From a virus: a stretch of 64,000 nucleotides of DNA. Each line of letters starts with the position of its first letter. Position 1 is the stretch's first letter. Below the pieces are notes generated by a model. The model ran no database searches. It was not told the DNA's origin and was given only the letters and a program-made list of their open reading frames with translations. A program made the position numbers and the translations under genes. Of this stretch, positions 39,439 through 48,164 are shown piece by piece. The stretch lies in IMG/VR virus record IMGVR_UViG_3300037808_001516, positions 32,001-96,000 of that record; one strand, given 5' to 3'.

Positions 39439-39824
39439 TGTTATATCTCAAGATCTTCTGGGCTTGGATAAAGAAAAACTGGAAGCTATCAGCACTTGCA
39501 GCATGGACCATTTTTATTTGGCTTGTGTCTCGCAAGAATGCCGATGGCGCCATCCAAGCCATGAAGGCGAACAAGGAGTCTTATGAAGCTCAGATCCAGG
39601 GCCTCAAAGATGCTCACGAAGAGGAAGTTCAAAAAAGAGAAGAACTTCACTTAAAATATCGTGTGACTCTTGGTAAGATAAAAGAAAAATACGATCTCGA
39701 AGAAGAACAGCTTTCTCGTAAAAAGAAAAAGAAAGTAAAAGAGATCATAAAGAAAGCAAAGGACAATCCTGATGAGATCAATGAAAAAATTGAAAACCTC
39801 TTTGGCTTTACTGCTGCTGATTAG
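39438..39824 (+). CDS. Putative inner-membrane spanin-like protein
   Basis: N-terminal hydrophobic helix then charged coiled coil; follows the holin and overlaps the next gene. Confidence 0.45.
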   Translation: MLYLKIFWAWIKKNWKLSALAAWTIFIWLVSRKNADGAIQAMKANKESYEAQIQGLKDAHEEEVQKREELHLKYRVTLGKIKEKYDLEEEQLSRKKKKKVKEIIKKAKDNPDEINEKIENLFGFTAAD

Positions 39825-40215
39825 TTTTACCAGCATCTCGTTTGCAGCGCCAGGAAAATATAAACAAGTAGAGCAAGGGGACACTGTCCCTTTTTCTGGT
39901 TGGTGTTTTGACAAAGAAGCATCAGCACAGATACTAGCAGACAAAGAATTTCAAGAAAAACAATGCAAGCTCAAGACCAATAGAGCTTTACAGATTCAGT
40001 TCGCAAACTATGATTTAGAGTTGGGTAAACTCAAGGCCGACATGAAATATGAAGTTGGCACAAGAGATACGATTATCGAAGCTCTAAAGGAAGAGAATCT
40101 AAAATTAGAAAAAGTTATTATCGATAGTTCGAACACTCACTGGCACGTCTTCGCATCTCTCGGCTTTGTAGCTGGAGCTATATTGACCATAGTAATTGTG
40201 GAGACTGTAGAGTGA
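39781..40215 (+). CDS. Secreted coiled-coil protein with C-terminal membrane helix (spanin-partner candidate)
   Basis: MKKLKTSLALLLLISFTSISFA signal peptide with no lipobox Cys; two Cys; C-terminal WHVFASLGFVAGAILTIVIV. Confidence 0.45.
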   Translation: MKKLKTSLALLLLISFTSISFAAPGKYKQVEQGDTVPFSGWCFDKEASAQILADKEFQEKQCKLKTNRALQIQFANYDLELGKLKADMKYEVGTRDTIIEALKEENLKLEKVIIDSSNTHWHVFASLGFVAGAILTIVIVETVE

Positions 40216-40583
40216 AAGAAAAAGATCTAAACGAAGTAGCTAAAATAGAAAAAGCAATAAAGGAGAAGTACGGAGATGAAGCGATTCAGAACCCTAAGGG
40301 ATCTTGGGATCAGGAGAAAGAAAATAAATATCTGGAAGACCTCAAATCTTTTTACAAAAGGGATCCTCGCAAAAAAACAACAGAGGTCATTGGGGATGTC
40401 AAAATTAAAACAAGAAAAGCATCGAACCAGGTAGAGAGAGAATGCCCAGTTTGTGGTTCATATTCCTTCTCTGGACGAGATGATGTTTATATGACAAAGT
40501 TTAACTGCTGTTTTGATTGTTATATTCAGCATGTCGACGGCCGAGAAGAAAGATGGAAATCGGGCTGGAGACCAAACAACTAA
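40212..40583 (+). CDS. Zinc-finger hypothetical protein
   Basis: GTG start; CPVC...CCFDC. Confidence 0.6.
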   Translation: MKEKDLNEVAKIEKAIKEKYGDEAIQNPKGSWDQEKENKYLEDLKSFYKRDPRKKTTEVIGDVKIKTRKASNQVERECPVCGSYSFSGRDDVYMTKFNCCFDCYIQHVDGREERWKSGWRPNN

Positions 40584-40609
40584 CTATTTACTATTAGAAA
40601 ACTATTTAT
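40583..40609 (+). promoter_or_regulatory. Tandem late-promoter motifs ACTATTTAC / ACTATTTAT
   Basis: Copies at 40583-40591 and 40601-40609 in front of the packaging/head operon. Confidence 0.65.
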
Positions 40610-40629
40610 TGTAAGAGGAATTTAAAACA

Positions 40630-41130
40630 ATGGCAACAACTTTAGAAATTATAAACTGTATCTCACAGGTACTTGCTAATTCATATGACGGAGCACTTGA
40701 CGAGAGCGGAGAACCGGTTAAAATTGGTCTCCGAAGGGAAGAGGGTAACCCCCTAATAGATCAAAGAGTCATGGACGGATTTGGAGCGCACATCAGCGGA
40801 AACAGACTTCACATCAAATACCACGCAGAAATACCACTTAAAGAAGTTCACTCAAATGGTTTCGAGGGAGAGATGGAATCCATGGTGGAGAAGGTCAAGT
40901 CTTTTATTCAGAAGGAATACAATAAATTGAAAAAATCTTCTCTTTCTCTTTCGGATCCAAGTGAGGTTGATGTTCTTGTTGAATATGTATCTCGTATACG
41001 TTGCAGTGTCAAGGTACACAAATGCTACGAAATAGGAGGAGTCCAGTCAGAGATCAACGATCCAGAATCTACTGAGCGTCCCACAGACCCATCATTCGCT
41101 AAGATGGTTGCTCTCGGCGGACTTAAGTAA
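40630..41130 (+). CDS. Hypothetical protein upstream of terminase
   Basis: 166 aa with GAGGA SD; no recognised motif. Position is compatible with a packaging or head role. Confidence 0.55.
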   Translation: MATTLEIINCISQVLANSYDGALDESGEPVKIGLRREEGNPLIDQRVMDGFGAHISGNRLHIKYHAEIPLKEVHSNGFEGEMESMVEKVKSFIQKEYNKLKKSSLSLSDPSEVDVLVEYVSRIRCSVKVHKCYEIGGVQSEINDPESTERPTDPSFAKMVALGGLK

Positions 41131-41139
41131 GAGGCTTTA

Positions 41140-42726
41140 GTGTCGATAAAACTTACCAAGCAAGAAATAATGAAGGAAATTGTCCGATGCGGCAAGAAGC
41201 CTGAATACTTTATCCACACATACGCAAAGATAACTCACCCAATGAGAGGGCTGATACCCTTCCACTTGTATCCATTCCAAGAAGACCTGTTGGAAGATTT
41301 CGAAGACAATCGATTCAACATCATACTCAAAGCGAGACAGTTGGGAATCTCTACAGTCACCGCGGCATACGTTGCATGGATGATGATGTTTCATCGAGAG
41401 AAGAATGTGCTTGTCATCGCGACTAAGTTTAACACCGCGGCAAACTTAGTAAAGAAAGTTAAGGCAATCATCAAAGCTTTACCAGATTGGCTAAAGATCT
41501 CCACAGTAGATATAGACAATAGAACCTCATTTGTTCTTTCTAACGGATCACAAATTAAGGCATCATCCACATCCGGGGACGCCGGGCGATCGGAAGCACT
41601 ATCTCTTCTCGTCATAGATGAAGCAGCACACGTAGAAGGCCTTGACGAGCTGTGGATGGGCCTCTACCCTACACTATCAACTGGTGGTCGATGCATCGCC
41701 TTGTCTACCCCTAATGGTGTGGGAAATTGGTTTCACAAAAACTACGTAGAAGCGGAGAATAAGTCAAATGATTTTTTCCCAACAAAACTACCGTGGGACG
41801 TCCACCCAGATAGAGACCAGGAGTGGTTTGAAAAAGAGACCAGAAATATGTCTCGTAGGGAAATTGCTCAGGAGCTAGAGTGCAACTTTAACATGTCTGG
41901 TGAGACAGTCTTCGGCGCCGAGGACTTGGAATTATATTTGAACATGTCTTGTGAACCCAAGCACCGAACTGGATTCGACAGAAACCTTTGGATCTGGGAA
42001 GAGAGAAGACAAAACAACACTTACCTTATCGCTGCAGATGTTGCCCGCGGTGATGGTAAGGATTACTCAGTGTGCCATGTTTTCAAATTGGAAACAATGG
42101 AACTTGTTGCAGAGTATCAGGGAAAGGTTACACCGGACGTGTTCTCTAGGGTTCTATTTGACGTGGGACAAGAGTATGGAAACGGATTACTGGTGGTAGA
42201 AAACAACTCAGTAGGTTTTGCAGTCCTTGACAAGCTTAAGGAAATGCAGTATCCTAATCTTTACCATTCCATTAAGTCCACACACGAGTTTGTGGAGGAA
42301 TATCAAGCAGATCAGATGTCCAACGCGGTACCTGGATTCTCTACAACGTCAAAAACGAGACCTTTAATAGTCGCTAAGATGGAAGAATTCATTAGAAATA
42401 ACCTAATTAAGATATATTCCACTCGTCTACTAGCTGAAATGAAGACTTTTGTTTGGAATAACGGAAGAGCCGAAGCTATGAGATCTTACAACGACGATCT
42501 CATAATGGCTTGCGCCGTCGGGTGCTGGGTTAGAGATACTGCACTGGCAGTAAACCAGAGGGACGCCGAGTACGCTAAAGCTTTTATAGGTTCCATTACG
42601 AAAACTACAAACGAAATGGACACGAGGATAAAAGGTATGGTTGGAACGCAAAAATTAAAAATGACAGATGCCGCAAATGAGCATCAACAAAACATCGCCG
42701 CATTTCCGTGGCTATTTAAGGGATAA
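41140..42726 (+). CDS. terL: Terminase large subunit (T4 gp17-like)
   Basis: LYPFQ adenine-binding motif, Walker A KARQLGIST, Walker B LLVIDEAAH, LSTPNG coupling motif, nuclease ADVARGDGKDYS and NDDLIMA. Confidence 0.95.
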   Translation: MSIKLTKQEIMKEIVRCGKKPEYFIHTYAKITHPMRGLIPFHLYPFQEDLLEDFEDNRFNIILKARQLGISTVTAAYVAWMMMFHREKNVLVIATKFNTAANLVKKVKAIIKALPDWLKISTVDIDNRTSFVLSNGSQIKASSTSGDAGRSEALSLLVIDEAAHVEGLDELWMGLYPTLSTGGRCIALSTPNGVGNWFHKNYVEAENKSNDFFPTKLPWDVHPDRDQEWFEKETRNMSRREIAQELECNFNMSGETVFGAEDLELYLNMSCEPKHRTGFDRNLWIWEERRQNNTYLIAADVARGDGKDYSVCHVFKLETMELVAEYQGKVTPDVFSRVLFDVGQEYGNGLLVVENNSVGFAVLDKLKEMQYPNLYHSIKSTHEFVEEYQADQMSNAVPGFSTTSKTRPLIVAKMEEFIRNNLIKIYSTRLLAEMKTFVWNNGRAEAMRSYNDDLIMACAVGCWVRDTALAVNQRDAEYAKAFIGSITKTTNEMDTRIKGMVGTQKLKMTDAANEHQQNIAAFPWLFKG

Positions 42727-42729
42727 AAC

Positions 42730-44718
42730 ATGGCAAGCAAAAAGAATAAAAACAACACAAGAAACCCACAAAGTCTATTGTTCAGGAGACTGACGAGACT
42801 GTTGTCGGGCCCTCTGACTCAGTACCGGACTCAAAACAATCACCGGCTCAGGAGAATTGACTTAGACAAATATGCTAATAGCTTTACTTCTACATCCGGA
42901 AAGGATTTTAAAAAGACTGCGTACAATCCTTACGACAATTTGCAAGCGCAATATATGGCATCTCAACAGAGAGCAGAAAGATACGTAGACTTCGACCAGA
43001 TGGAATACACACCTGAGATTGCTTCCTCACTTGATATCTATGCTGACGAGATGACAACTTACTCTTCTCTCTCTCCGATGTTAAGCATTGAGTGCCCCAA
43101 TGAAGAGATCAAGGCAATTCTAAGCTCTCTTTACAGTAATGTGTTGAACATAGAACACAACATGTTCTCTTGGTGTCGAACAATGTGCAAGTATGGAGAC
43201 TTCTTCTTATATCTCGATATAGATGATGAGCTTGGAGTTACGTCAGTTATTGGTCTCCCAACACAAGAGCTTGAAAGATTAGAAGGAGAAGATAAAACAA
43301 ATCCTAATTATGTGCAATATCAGTGGAACTCAGCCGGACTTACTTTTGAAAACTGGCAAGTGGGACACTTTAGAATCCTCGGCCAAGACAAATACAACCC
43401 ATATGGCACATCTGTTTTGGAACCATCGAGGAGAATATGGAGACAACTAACCCTTATCGAAGACGCTATGATGGCGTATCGTATCGTTAGATCACCCGAG
43501 AGGAAAGCTTTCTATATCGACGTTGGCAATATACCTCCGCAAGACATAGAACAGTATATGCAAAAGGTGATGACTCAAATGAAGAGAAATCAAGTTGTAG
43601 ATTCAAAGACAGGCCGAGTAGACTTGAGGTATAATCCACTCTCAGTGGAAGAAGATTATTTCATCCCTGTCCGCGGCAATAGCAGTACAAAGATAGAGAC
43701 GGTACCTGGAGGTAAATATACAGGCGATATCGACGATGTTAAGTATTTGAGAGACAAACTGTTTTCTGCACTTAAGATACCAGCCGCTTACATTTCTTCC
43801 GACGGAGAAAAAGCGATGGAAGACAAGACAACCCTGGCACAGAAAGACATTAGATTTGCAAGGACAATCCAAAGACTTCAAAGGTCTGTCATATCAGAGC
43901 TTGAAAAGATTGGAATTATTCACCTTTATACGTTGGGGTACAGAGAAGAAGATCTTGTTTCCTTCACATGTCACTTAAACAATCCCTCAAAGATCGCCGA
44001 GATGCAAGAACTCGAACACTGGAAGAGTAGATTCGAAATAGCGGGGAACGCAACAGAAGGGTTCTTTTCTAAGCAATGGCTAGCAAAGACTTTATTCGGA
44101 ATGTCCAACGAAGAATTTATCAGGAACAGAAGAGAAATGTTCTACGACAAACGATACGAGGCAGCTCTAGAGACAGCAGGGGAAGCCGAGCAGGCAGAGT
44201 TAACTTCTGATTTGAATTCCGGAGTCGATGATCTTGAGACGACTGCAGGCAATGCGGACCTCGCCGGCGGCACCGGCGCCGTAGGTTCTGAGCCTGAACT
44301 TGGTGCTTCGATACCTGCCGCTGGTGCAGACCTTGGAGCAGACGATGCTGGCCAGGACGGAGACCTACTAGCAACACCACCAGGAAAACGAGAGGACGAC
44401 AAGGGAAGAACCACGACAGACAAGTCTCACGGATGGTACGAGCCCCGCGGACTAAAGCCCGGCGGAGACCGTAGAAGGGCGTCAGGACCACGGAAGAAAA
44501 ACATGAACCGCGCCGCATCCCCGGAAACAGGAACAATGAGAAAGATGTTCCCTGGTATGGAAGAACTTTCAGGCTTAACAAAAGCAACCAGTGTTTATGA
44601 AGATAAAAAGACTAATTATAAAGTAGAGGAGACAAAAATCCTCAAAGAACAAAAAGAGTTAGATGCTCTTTTCAAAAGCCTAAAAGCGAGGGACGAAAAG
44701 AATGAGACTGAAGCATAA
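42730..44718 (+). CDS. Portal protein (T4 gp20-like)
   Basis: PEIASSLDIYADE, LIEDAMMAYRIVRSPERKAFYIDVGNIP, EEDYFIPVRG, DIDDVKYLRDKLFSALKIP; acidic then basic C-terminal extension. Confidence 0.95.
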   Translation: MASKKNKNNTRNPQSLLFRRLTRLLSGPLTQYRTQNNHRLRRIDLDKYANSFTSTSGKDFKKTAYNPYDNLQAQYMASQQRAERYVDFDQMEYTPEIASSLDIYADEMTTYSSLSPMLSIECPNEEIKAILSSLYSNVLNIEHNMFSWCRTMCKYGDFFLYLDIDDELGVTSVIGLPTQELERLEGEDKTNPNYVQYQWNSAGLTFENWQVGHFRILGQDKYNPYGTSVLEPSRRIWRQLTLIEDAMMAYRIVRSPERKAFYIDVGNIPPQDIEQYMQKVMTQMKRNQVVDSKTGRVDLRYNPLSVEEDYFIPVRGNSSTKIETVPGGKYTGDIDDVKYLRDKLFSALKIPAAYISSDGEKAMEDKTTLAQKDIRFARTIQRLQRSVISELEKIGIIHLYTLGYREEDLVSFTCHLNNPSKIAEMQELEHWKSRFEIAGNATEGFFSKQWLAKTLFGMSNEEFIRNRREMFYDKRYEAALETAGEAEQAELTSDLNSGVDDLETTAGNADLAGGTGAVGSEPELGASIPAAGADLGADDAGQDGDLLATPPGKREDDKGRTTTDKSHGWYEPRGLKPGGDRRRASGPRKKNMNRAASPETGTMRKMFPGMEELSGLTKATSVYEDKKTNYKVEETKILKEQKELDALFKSLKARDEKNETEA

Positions 44719-45520
44719 CAAGAAAAGAAACACAGCATTTGTTTACGAGGCACTGGTAAGAGAGTTGACAGAGTCGGTTGTTAAGAACAACAAAAACAAA
44801 CAAAACAAGATTGTTTCAATTATCAAGGACCACTTCAAGGGAGACTCCTTATTGAAAAAGGAGCTGGAGCTTTATAGAACCATATATGAAACCCGACATA
44901 TTGAAAAGACCACAGCCGAGAAGATTGTTGTCCAAGTTAAAGAAAAGCACGACTCTATGGATAAGAGGATGTTGTTCTTGGAACAATCTGCGCTCATCAA
45001 TAAGATAAACAGAACACTGTCGAACAAAGTTTATAACAACTTTGTTCCAAATTATAAGACGATAGCTTCGGTTTATTCTATTTTTCAAGAGGCACTGCCA
45101 GTAAAGGACAGAGTTCTTCTGGAAGAGAACATTGTTGATCAAATGTCCGCATCAGCAAACACAATCCAAGAGTCGCAACAACCTATTGATTCACTTGTGT
45201 ATGGAACTTTTGTAACTAAGTTCAACGAAGAGTATTCTGATTCGTTGAATGAGAATCAAAAAACGCTCCTAAGCACCTATGTATCCTCTTTTGAGAACAA
45301 TGGAGTGGACTTGAAGATATACTTAAACGAGGAGATCGGTAGAATAAAGGGAAGGCTAGTCGAAATAAAAGAAGAAAACAACAATTCAGAGCTTAAAGAA
45401 AAGTTAGAAAAAGTTTATAATATTTTAGATGAGACAAAGACAAAAGAAATAGACACCTCTACATTAGAGGTTGTTCTTTCTACGCAACAGTTATTGGAAG
45501 AGTTGGAAAATGGCGATTGA
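44702..45520 (+). CDS. Head-module hypothetical protein (helical)
   Basis: 272 aa overlapping the portal end; many [LI]-x-E sites. Confidence 0.6.
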   Translation: MRLKHNKKRNTAFVYEALVRELTESVVKNNKNKQNKIVSIIKDHFKGDSLLKKELELYRTIYETRHIEKTTAEKIVVQVKEKHDSMDKRMLFLEQSALINKINRTLSNKVYNNFVPNYKTIASVYSIFQEALPVKDRVLLEENIVDQMSASANTIQESQQPIDSLVYGTFVTKFNEEYSDSLNENQKTLLSTYVSSFENNGVDLKIYLNEEIGRIKGRLVEIKEENNNSELKEKLEKVYNILDETKTKEIDTSTLEVVLSTQQLLEELENGD

Positions 45521-46052
45521 TATTAAAATAGAATTAGACCCTAGGATAAATTTAAAAGCCAGAAGAACAATAGAGGGCAACATTATAATACTAGACCATG
45601 AAGACATGGACATAGTTTTGATGTCTGAGAAGAAGAAGTGTATAGCGTTTCCGAAGGAGTCAATGTCGGATAAGGTTTACTCCTCTCAGGACAGGATGTT
45701 CAACTTCTTAGCCAAAAGAGGATTGATAAATCGTGGCACCATTCGCGGAGGTAATGTCTTTGGTTCCTTAGAGGCAGACATGCTTGAATCTAAGATCCCC
45801 GGTGTTGATTACGGCCAAGCACTTCTATATTCTATTCACGAATATATTACAGACGAGCGCCCATATTTCAAATCAGCTGAAGAGTATGATGATGCTCGCC
45901 TTGATGCAATGCTTCGCCCTTCAACTGAAGATTCGACTGAGCTTGGAGACGTGCCGCAGAAAGCCAGTAAGGGTTCGATGACTAAACAGATCGGACCATA
46001 CGGCTTTCAATACAACTACTCCCTCGTCAGAGAGGACCAAGGTGAAGACTAG
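45510..46052 (+). CDS. Head-module hypothetical protein
   Basis: Start re-assigned to ATG 45510 (MAIDIKIELD), overlapping the upstream stop. Confidence 0.6.
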   Translation: MAIDIKIELDPRINLKARRTIEGNIIILDHEDMDIVLMSEKKKCIAFPKESMSDKVYSSQDRMFNFLAKRGLINRGTIRGGNVFGSLEADMLESKIPGVDYGQALLYSIHEYITDERPYFKSAEEYDDARLDAMLRPSTEDSTELGDVPQKASKGSMTKQIGPYGFQYNYSLVREDQGED

Positions 46053-46363
46053 TGACATTTATTTGGTTCTCACTTATTTCATATGGCCTCACCCAGATCC
46101 TCGTTTACGGAAAAATCCTAGACCCAATCCGCCCAAAGTCCGGAAAGTTAGGGCAATTGCTTGAGTGCCCAATGTGCACCGGCTTTTGGGTGGGTCTATT
46201 TTTATGGTCCGTAAAGGACTATACTCAACTATTTACTTTTGATAATTCTTTTGTTACAGGCATACTGCTTGGTTTCGCCGGCTCCGGCTCGGCATACATC
46301 GGCAATATGATTTTTGGTGACGAAGGAATAAAAATTGAACATCTTGTAAGGGAGAAAAAATGA
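46052..46363 (+). CDS. Small membrane protein, DUF1360-like
   Basis: GTG start; hydrophobic helices with LLECPMCTGFW (CxxC..FW) motif. Confidence 0.55.
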   Translation: MTFIWFSLISYGLTQILVYGKILDPIRPKSGKLGQLLECPMCTGFWVGLFLWSVKDYTQLFTFDNSFVTGILLGFAGSGSAYIGNMIFGDEGIKIEHLVREKK

Positions 46364-46425
46364 GAGACTTAATTACAATAAAGAGAATGCTAAGACCAGT
46401 AAGACGCTGTAAAGCCGGCTGCTAG
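46360..46425 (+). CDS. 21-aa basic, Cys-containing mini-ORF MRDLITIKRMLRPVRRCKAGC
   Basis: GGGAG SD, ATGA overlap with the upstream stop, ends at TAG 46423-46425. Too short for the ORF track. Confidence 0.4.
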   Translation: MRDLITIKRMLRPVRRCKAGC

Positions 46426-46458
46426 ATGACGCGGGTGGCCCCCGCTGTGAGGAAAAAC

Positions 46459-47064
46459 ATGAAACTTATTAGAGAATATTACGAATTATGCGAAGGCGGC
46501 GTATGCCAAGACCTTCTTACTGAAGATGACAAGAAGTTTGTCGCCGAAGGCGGCCGCATGTTGTCCGGCGTTATGCAAATGGCAGAAACTCAAAACGGTA
46601 ATGGCAGAGTGTACCCACAAGCCATACTGGAAAGAGAGGTCGCTAACTATGCCAAGCTTGTAAAAGAACGCAGAGCACTTGGGGAACTAGACCATCCAGA
46701 CAGTTCTGTCATTAACTTGGCTAACGCTTCGCATATGGTCACTAAGATATGGATGGAAGGCAAGGTCTGTAAAGGTACAATTAGGGTATTGCCGACACCA
46801 TCCGGAAAGATCCTTGAGGGCCTCATTGACGCTGGTTGCCTGTTGGGTATATCCTCACGAGGTATGGGGTCGGTGACTGAGAGAAACGGTATTACTATGG
46901 TAGAGGATGATTTCCAGCTTCTTTGTTTTGATATGGTTTCAGACCCTTCAACGCCAGGAGCTTTCATGTTAAAAGAGGCTAAAGAAAACACAAACATCTT
47001 CACCAAAGAAGACAAGATTGACAGAGCTATAAACAACTTTCTACATAAGTTTGGAGAAAAATGA
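46459..47064 (+). CDS. Prohead core protease (T4 gp21-like)
   Basis: NGNGRVYP, GELDHP (catalytic His), GISSRGMGS (catalytic Ser), FDMVSDPSTPGA; start re-assigned to ATG 46459 after a GAGG SD. Confidence 0.92.
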   Translation: MKLIREYYELCEGGVCQDLLTEDDKKFVAEGGRMLSGVMQMAETQNGNGRVYPQAILEREVANYAKLVKERRALGELDHPDSSVINLANASHMVTKIWMEGKVCKGTIRVLPTPSGKILEGLIDAGCLLGISSRGMGSVTERNGITMVEDDFQLLCFDMVSDPSTPGAFMLKEAKENTNIFTKEDKIDRAINNFLHKFGEK

Positions 47065-47477
47065 AGAAATCAGAGTTAAAAAACATCATTAAAGAGTGTG
47101 TAAAGGAAATATTGTTCGAAGAGGGCGTACTTTCTAATCTCGTCGCAGAGGTTGCATTTGGTATTGCAAAAGCTCAAGGAACATTGGTGGAAAACAACAA
47201 GCAACCCCAAGACACGAAAGCAGCGCAAGAATTAAAAGAAGAACAACAAGAGTCGAGAAGACAAAAACTTCTCGAAACAAAAAGAAAGATGCTAGATGCT
47301 ATGGGTAATCAAAACATGGCTAACGTCTTCGAAGGTACAGAACCACTCAAGTCTGCCGGCACCCCTCAGGCTTCACCAGCCCAAGGACCGATGGCAGGAA
47401 GAGACCCTAACGATGCTGGTGTAGATATCAGCGGTTTGTTTAGTGTAGCAGGACAAAAGTGGAACGCTCTAAAGTAA
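47061..47477 (+). CDS. Head-module protein with MKKSELKNIIKE leader
   Basis: Coupled to the protease gene; leader nearly identical to 35303. Confidence 0.65.
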   Translation: MKKSELKNIIKECVKEILFEEGVLSNLVAEVAFGIAKAQGTLVENNKQPQDTKAAQELKEEQQESRRQKLLETKRKMLDAMGNQNMANVFEGTEPLKSAGTPQASPAQGPMAGRDPNDAGVDISGLFSVAGQKWNALK

Positions 47478-47487
47478 AGGAGAAACG

Positions 47488-47724
47488 ATGAGCAAAGGAA
47501 AAGTATGTCACGTTGAAATCGTGATACATGATCAGAACCAAGTAGAGAGGATGATCAAGAAGTTTACGCGCAAGTGTAAAAAGCAAGGTCTGTTCGCAGA
47601 ACTACAGGAAAGAAGATACTTCAAAAAGAAGTCTCTTAAGATGAAAGAAAAACGGGAAAATAAAAAGAGGTTGTCCCAAAAAACAACTCAAAAGATGAAA
47701 GACAAATTTAACAAATTTGATTAG
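47488..47724 (+). CDS. rpsU: Phage-encoded ribosomal protein bS21
   Basis: 78 aa, very basic; V.I...VERMIKKFTRKCKKQGLFAELQERRYFKKKS follows the bS21 pattern; AAGGAG SD; located among head genes as in described bS21 phages. Confidence 0.8.
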   Translation: MSKGKVCHVEIVIHDQNQVERMIKKFTRKCKKQGLFAELQERRYFKKKSLKMKEKRENKKRLSQKTTQKMKDKFNKFD

Positions 47725-47735
47725 GAGAACACAAA

Positions 47736-48155
47736 ATGGCAAAAGGATTTAGCAATGTACCAGCACCATCGCATGAGTTTAGAAGTGCATCAAGCTGGGG
47801 TAGGACAAGAGGCCCGAAGAATTTAGCCGGCACCAACGGCACGCAGGTGTCAGCTGCAACGGCGCCTCCAACATCCGTAACGAATGGTTATGCAACAGAG
47901 AACCAAAGGTATTTGCACTTACGGTTTAAAGAATCACAGAACACATCCAGAACAATAACGGTGTGGGCTTGGTCTCATGCATTCGGAGCGTGGTCAGCTT
48001 TAACAGACTTGACTGGAACGGCCGTAACTCTTACATGCGACGCCGAAACAAAATATAGAGTGTTTGAGATAAGCGGCGTCGACAGAGTTTATTTCCAGGC
48101 ATCCGGTGCACTACATGGCTCTGACGAACTTCACGCAGCAGGCTCAACGTTCTAG
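47736..48155 (+). CDS. Candidate capsid decoration protein (bare domain)
   Basis: 139 aa; whole length is paralogous to the C-terminal domain of the next gene (SSWGRTR.PKN.AG, ENQRYLHL, WSH/YSH, FE.SGVDRVYF). Confidence 0.55.
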   Translation: MAKGFSNVPAPSHEFRSASSWGRTRGPKNLAGTNGTQVSAATAPPTSVTNGYATENQRYLHLRFKESQNTSRTITVWAWSHAFGAWSALTDLTGTAVTLTCDAETKYRVFEISGVDRVYFQASGALHGSDELHAAGSTF

Positions 48156-48164
48156 GAGAAACCA

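Noticed and set aside
40630-41130. Terminase small subunit call
   Set aside because: Only position supports it; no recognisable gp16-like sequence features.
46423-46448. Selenocysteine insertion element after the ...CKAGC peptide
   Set aside because: The in-frame stop is TAG, not TGA, and the hairpin is too short to call a SECIS.
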